Shown here: positions 59,334 to 64,000 of the stretch, piece after piece
Numbering within the stretch: position 1 is the first letter of the stretch
Layout: each line of letters opens with the position of its first letter
Source of the DNA: Anthoceros angustus
Lineage: Eukaryota; Plantae; Anthocerotophyta
Length of the DNA stretch: 64,000 bases
Reading direction: 5' to 3'
NCBI GenBank assembly: GCA_010909165.1
Contig: MU008215.1
Span: 303,403-367,402, forward strand
Position numbers and translations under genes: made by a program
The notes under the pieces: model-generated
What the model was told of the DNA's origin: nothing
The model's database searches: none
Seen by the model: only the letters and a program-made list of their open reading frames with translations

Positions 59334-62300
59334 AGCCCGTCCTGTCTCCGACCGGGAGGGGCAAGAGGGCTAGCTGCCGAACCCCTTCACCCCCTCCGAG
59401 CCCCAGGCGGAGGAGGGCGGAGAAGGAGCTTGCGGCCAAGAGGGCCAAAGAAGTAGAGGCTCCGATCGAAGCACCTGTGACTCCGAGGGTCTCGATTGTC
59501 CGGAGAGCCCACCGACTTTGATCGCAAAGATGGAGGTCCTCGACGGACCCGGGAGATGCCCGCCTCCCCGCAATGGACTGGTATCTCCCCAAGGCCGAGA
59601 AGAAACACAACAGTTTTGGCCATCACATGGATGAGAGGTTTTTGGGGTCTTGCACAGCCAGAAGACCCAAGAAGTAGAGGCCACCAGCTAAGAATGGTGG
59701 AACCTGTGGGAAGTGCAGAGGCGGCCCAAGCAAGTCAAAAGAAGGCCGAGTCACTCGCAAGAGTGGAGGAGGTAAAGCGCCGGGCAGCAGAGAGAGACGC
59801 CAGGTCTGGACAACAGGATTAGGCCAAGATCCTTCACCAGCGAACATCCGCTGCCAGAGGCCCAAGCACGCGTAAGACCTCTCGCAAAGCAGGGAGGTAG
59901 CGCAGAAAGAGTCGGAGGAGGCCCGGAGGCAAGCGGAGAAGGCCCGAGACCTCGTCGAGACAGCTCGACAGGAGCAGCACCAAGCCCGGAAGCTTAGGTG
60001 AAAGGGCGCGGAGGCCGAAGCCGCCAAGACCGACCCAGACCACTACGGAGGACAGAACCGTGGAGGAAGGCAGGCCACCACGCCAATCTTAAGGCCGAGC
60101 AACCGCAGCCGAGAAAAGCGCTGCAAGTCAAGGAGGACAAGGAGGCCAAGAATCGGAGAGGGAGGATCTCCTGACCCAACCAAACGGAGAGCGGCAGAAA
60201 TGGAGGACTGCAAGGAAACCTCGAGCTCCAAGACACGTTGAGCTGCATGGAGCCCTCCGTGAAATAATCGCGAACCACGAGCGGGACATAGCGGCTCCAG
60301 CCTCGCTGAGGACGGAGGAGAGTTGGCGGCGATCCAAGGAGTTGGACGCTTATCGCCGAGTCAAGAAGGAGAGCTGAGCCGAGGACGCCAGAGCCGAAGT
60401 GAGATACCGGGGCCGCCTCGGAGAGGAGATGGCGATCTCGGCAAGGATGGACGGGAGGGGCGAGGGCCTGGGAGGAGCAGGCCGCCAGTCCGATTGGGCG
60501 GAAGGCGTAGAGGGAGAGCGAGGTTCCATGGGCTGCCAAGCTCGGTGGAGCTACAACGACGAAGGGGAGGAGGAGCACGCTGAAAAGCAAGCAGCAAAGG
60601 CCGCAGCAGGAGATGCTCTGAGGCCGCCGCGGCACTGGAAGGGGAGTCCGCCTGGGCTTGGCCATAAGCCCGGCGGGCGAGACGGTCCAAAGCAGGTTGA
60701 CAACACGCCCAACTCGCCGAGCACCTCTCGGAGGAGGGAGTACGGTGCTCCGCCCATGTGGAGGAGGCACCAACAAGTCGATCCCGCATTTTGCCTATTG
60801 GCCACGCCGGGAAAGCCCTCAAGGCGGCCTCGACGCTCGCGCCCATCCCCCAAGAGATGGACTGACTTCCAGACTCGGCCCAAGGAGGAGCGAGGGAGGA
60901 AGGCCCCCGAGACAAAGACCAGACGCAACCGTGACCTCCAAGAGCCTGCTCGGCTACCCACAAGAGCAGCTAGCAGGGGGGAGCAGTCTGGAGTGAGCAG
61001 TGACGCAAGGGAGGTCGGGCAATGACCGAGGCACGAGATCTGCACTCCCACCATGGAAGAAAGGGAGGAGGGCCCCGGGAGGCCTGAGGAAGGATGTCCT
61101 AGAAACCCGGACCAAAGGGAGGGCCCGGTGGGTGAGGGATGAACTTTGGTAGTCCACTGGCCCGCCAAATTCCATGGACCTGCTCGGCCACAAGAGAAGT
61201 GCCTTGGGATGAGAGGAGCACCCTTGGGCATTCATGCGGATGGTGACCAACGCCTTCCGGATTTTCCGAGGGACTTCATGGAGGTATTCCCCGGACGACT
61301 TTGTGCACATGGAAGAGGACAAGCACGTTGGCACCGCGGGAAGTGCTTGAGCGTTGTAAGGAAACTCACCGTGTCTACATCCCGAGAAATGCTACTTTGA
61401 ATGACGGAGGGAATCTCACTGGACACCGTGTCGGCCACGGGGATAGAGGTGACCAAGATAAGTCGTCATTGGGCCTCACCCACCTACGAATCAAGGAACG
61501 GGGATTTTGGGCATGGTGGGTTAATACAGCTTCATCCAGACTTCGAAAGCGGCGCCAAGCTAACGGAGTTACTCAGAAGGAGGAGTGGACCGGACACGAA
61601 AGGAGGCGGCATTCGAGATCTGCTGCACCACCGATAAGCGCCCAAGATTAAAGGGTCCTGACCGGAGTAAGCGGATTCCATGTGTATGTGGATGTGTTTG
61701 CCGCCATCGGAGAGTAGTGCTCACCAAAAGTGACGAAGCGAGGGATCATCCAATCTACTATGCCAAGAATTTCACGATGCGGAGGGTACACTACTACGGA
61801 GCGAGAGGCGTTGGGAATGGTATACGTCAAGAAATTCGCACTACCTTCCTCGCCCAACGAGTTTGTGTTCTATGTCGATCACTGCTACCAAGCATCTGGT
61901 GAATAAGGCACTGTCCGGCGATCAAGTAGGTGGATTCGCTCTGTGGAGTTCACCTTGAGGTGGAGACCAGCAAGGAGGCAACACCAAAACGTCGACTTAT
62001 CCGTGTTGAAGAGAGCCGCCCGCGGGATCGGAGGATGATTTTCCGGACGAGGAATTGGTGGCCACAGGAGGCAAGGAGGAGGAGCGCAAATTGAGGAACC
62101 CAAACTTGATGTGGCGTGTGGAGAAGGGGAGCGGACGTAGGGGACGGCCCACCTATGCGGAGCTAGAACTGCACTGTGGAGATGGAGATTCCCAAGTTAA
62201 CCTGCCCAAAGAATAAGCCTTTGTACACTACGCCCTTTATGTACAACGGATGTATCTTCAAGGTGGGACCTGACGGAGCGGAGGTACCTCAACAAAGTGA

Positions 62301-64000
62301 AACGGAGGTAATAAAGGATGCATGAAGGACTAGGTGGTGGACATTATAAGTCACCACCAAGAAAATCTTGAGGCGGATACCGTGGCCCACCATGTATGGG
62401 GAAACACACCAGGAAGAGATGTGATGCTTGTGCCGGATCGGAAGCCGACCCCACGACTTCCACTGGTGCCCATACCGCACCAGCACCGCTCAAAATGGGG
62501 TATCGACTTGGACCCATACCCCACGACGAAGCACACACGTAAGAGGTACATCCCGGTGGCAACAGACCATCGCACTGTGTGGGTGGAGGCAACATAAGGA
62601 CGAAAGCACTGGCAAAGTTCCTCTATGAGAACATCATCACGCCGGATGGGTGTTGCGCTTGGTAAGTTTATAGGGGAACCTATTTCAATGATGTGATAAC
62701 CGCTAATGACGGACTATTTTGGTATAACCCATCGCAAGACGGCCCCATACAACCCAAGGCCAATGGGTTAACGGAGAAGACCAACGGACTTATCCGCCAT
62801 CCTCGAATGCTTACGGTTAACTATGCGCACGATCGATACTAAATTACTACTTGCGCCCGGCTATGGGCTGTGACACGGGAGAAGGTAACCACACAACGAA
62901 CTCAGACATTTAACCTATGGGCATTCGCCGGTTATGCCGGTTGAGTTTGAGGTACCAACACTCCGCGTCATGATGGAAGGGCGGCTAACCGACGACGAAA
63001 GCCAATTGGAACGACTGCTAGGGTTTGTCCAGCATATGGAAGGACGGGAAGAGGCGCAGCACAGAATGCAATTGGTACAAAATCAACGCAAGCTGTGGCA
63101 TGACAGACAACTCCGGAACCAAGAATATGTGAAGGAGGGGGATCTCGCCTCTTACGATGCCATACATGCACTTCCCGGAAAAGCTTCACTTATGGATGGG
63201 TCCTTACCAGTGGTACAGACGCCGAATGGGTCCGCTCAGAACTCGATGGTGAACCTGCCCACCCGGTAAACGGATGGTGAAGAAGTATCATGTTTCAGTG
63301 TTGGCGAGACGCCAACAAATGAGAAGGGGAGTATGTGGACCACTTCGACTCCCCTTGGAGTAGGGAAATGAGTTAGGTTTTGTTTTTTTCAGGAGGGTAA
63401 CGGAGTGCAAAATAAGGCGAAGGAAGAAGAAGTTCGGGACTACTCCCGGCCCAGACTGAGCCGCACTCCCGAGTAAGGGACTTTGAGTAGGACTCCGGAG
63501 GAGCTCGCCACGCACCGAGACGGATAAGTCCGGCCACCTCGGTGACGAGATAAGTACGCCAAGTAAAGAAGTTGGAGCGTGATTTAGTAGATGCATCGGC
63601 CACGTGGATGCAGGCCGAGTGGTAGACGGGCATGCAGCAGCTGTGATCAAGTGGCTGCCAGGTCAGCCATAGGTGTGCATTCACGCCCAGCACACGGCTG
63701 ACTAGAGCACGCAAGGCCAAGGCGAGTAAGCTAAGCATAAGGCGGGAGTAGGCCATGCACTGACAGCGCCACGGCAGCGAAGAGCCGCTCCCTCTTGTTG
63801 CGTTGCTCCAACCCCAAAGGTGGCGGCGGGTGAGTTCGGAGATAGCGCGGGGTGCGGGCCGAGGCTGAATGTCTCAGTCGCCGGAGAGAAGCCAGCCCTC
63901 TCGTCGGCCGGCGTGGTGGAAGTAACTGGGCGGGAGGTGCCTTCCACATAGTAGCCGAGTGCATGGCTTACTCTACCTTGCAGCCGCCTACGGCCTTCTG
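59334..64000 (+). mobile_element. Gypsy element C (Athila/Tat-like), 5'-truncated; 3' LTR starts at 63334 and runs off the window
   Basis: RT RDFMEVF, RH FHVYVD..HPIYYA, INT YNPRPNG-like and MPVEFEVPTLR; PPT caaatgagaagggga (same type as Gypsy A) followed by TGTGGAC. Confidence 0.85.

Noticed and set aside
59994-61231. Long minus-strand ORFs in Gypsy C
   Set aside because: Low-complexity shadows of GC-rich plus-strand coding sequence.

Overview
Eukaryotic plant nuclear DNA, most likely from a fern, lycophyte or hornwort: the window holds a DYW:KP-type PPR gene, a class tied to lineages with U-to-C RNA editing. That gene (~81-2838, +) is the only host gene. It encodes an OSB-type PDF motif, a PLS-PPR array, E motifs and the DYW:KP domain. 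About 60 kb of nested transposable elements follow, and most junctions could be resolved by eye from LTRs, TIRs, TSDs, PBS and PPT. The LTR elements are: a Copia with non-canonical TA..TA ends (5651-11903); an Athila/Tat-like Gypsy with 3.6-kb LTRs (14997-28054); a minus-strand Copia (from 30508); a solo LTR split by a third Copia (52540-59129); and a further Gypsy running off the window. The minus-strand Copia carries two DNA transposons. The first is an 11-kb CACTA (32499-43523) holding a gag-only LTR element and unknown cargo ORFs. The second is the top finding: an 8.3-kb TIR element (44146-52464) with a Sola-like DDD transposase on + and, divergently on -, a frameshifted ParB/Srx-like + HTH + beta-class amino (N4C/N6A) DNA methyltransferase gene. 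Repeat regions are full of small deletions, probably partly long-read consensus error, so proteins were reconstructed across frameshifts and many internal coordinates are approximate.
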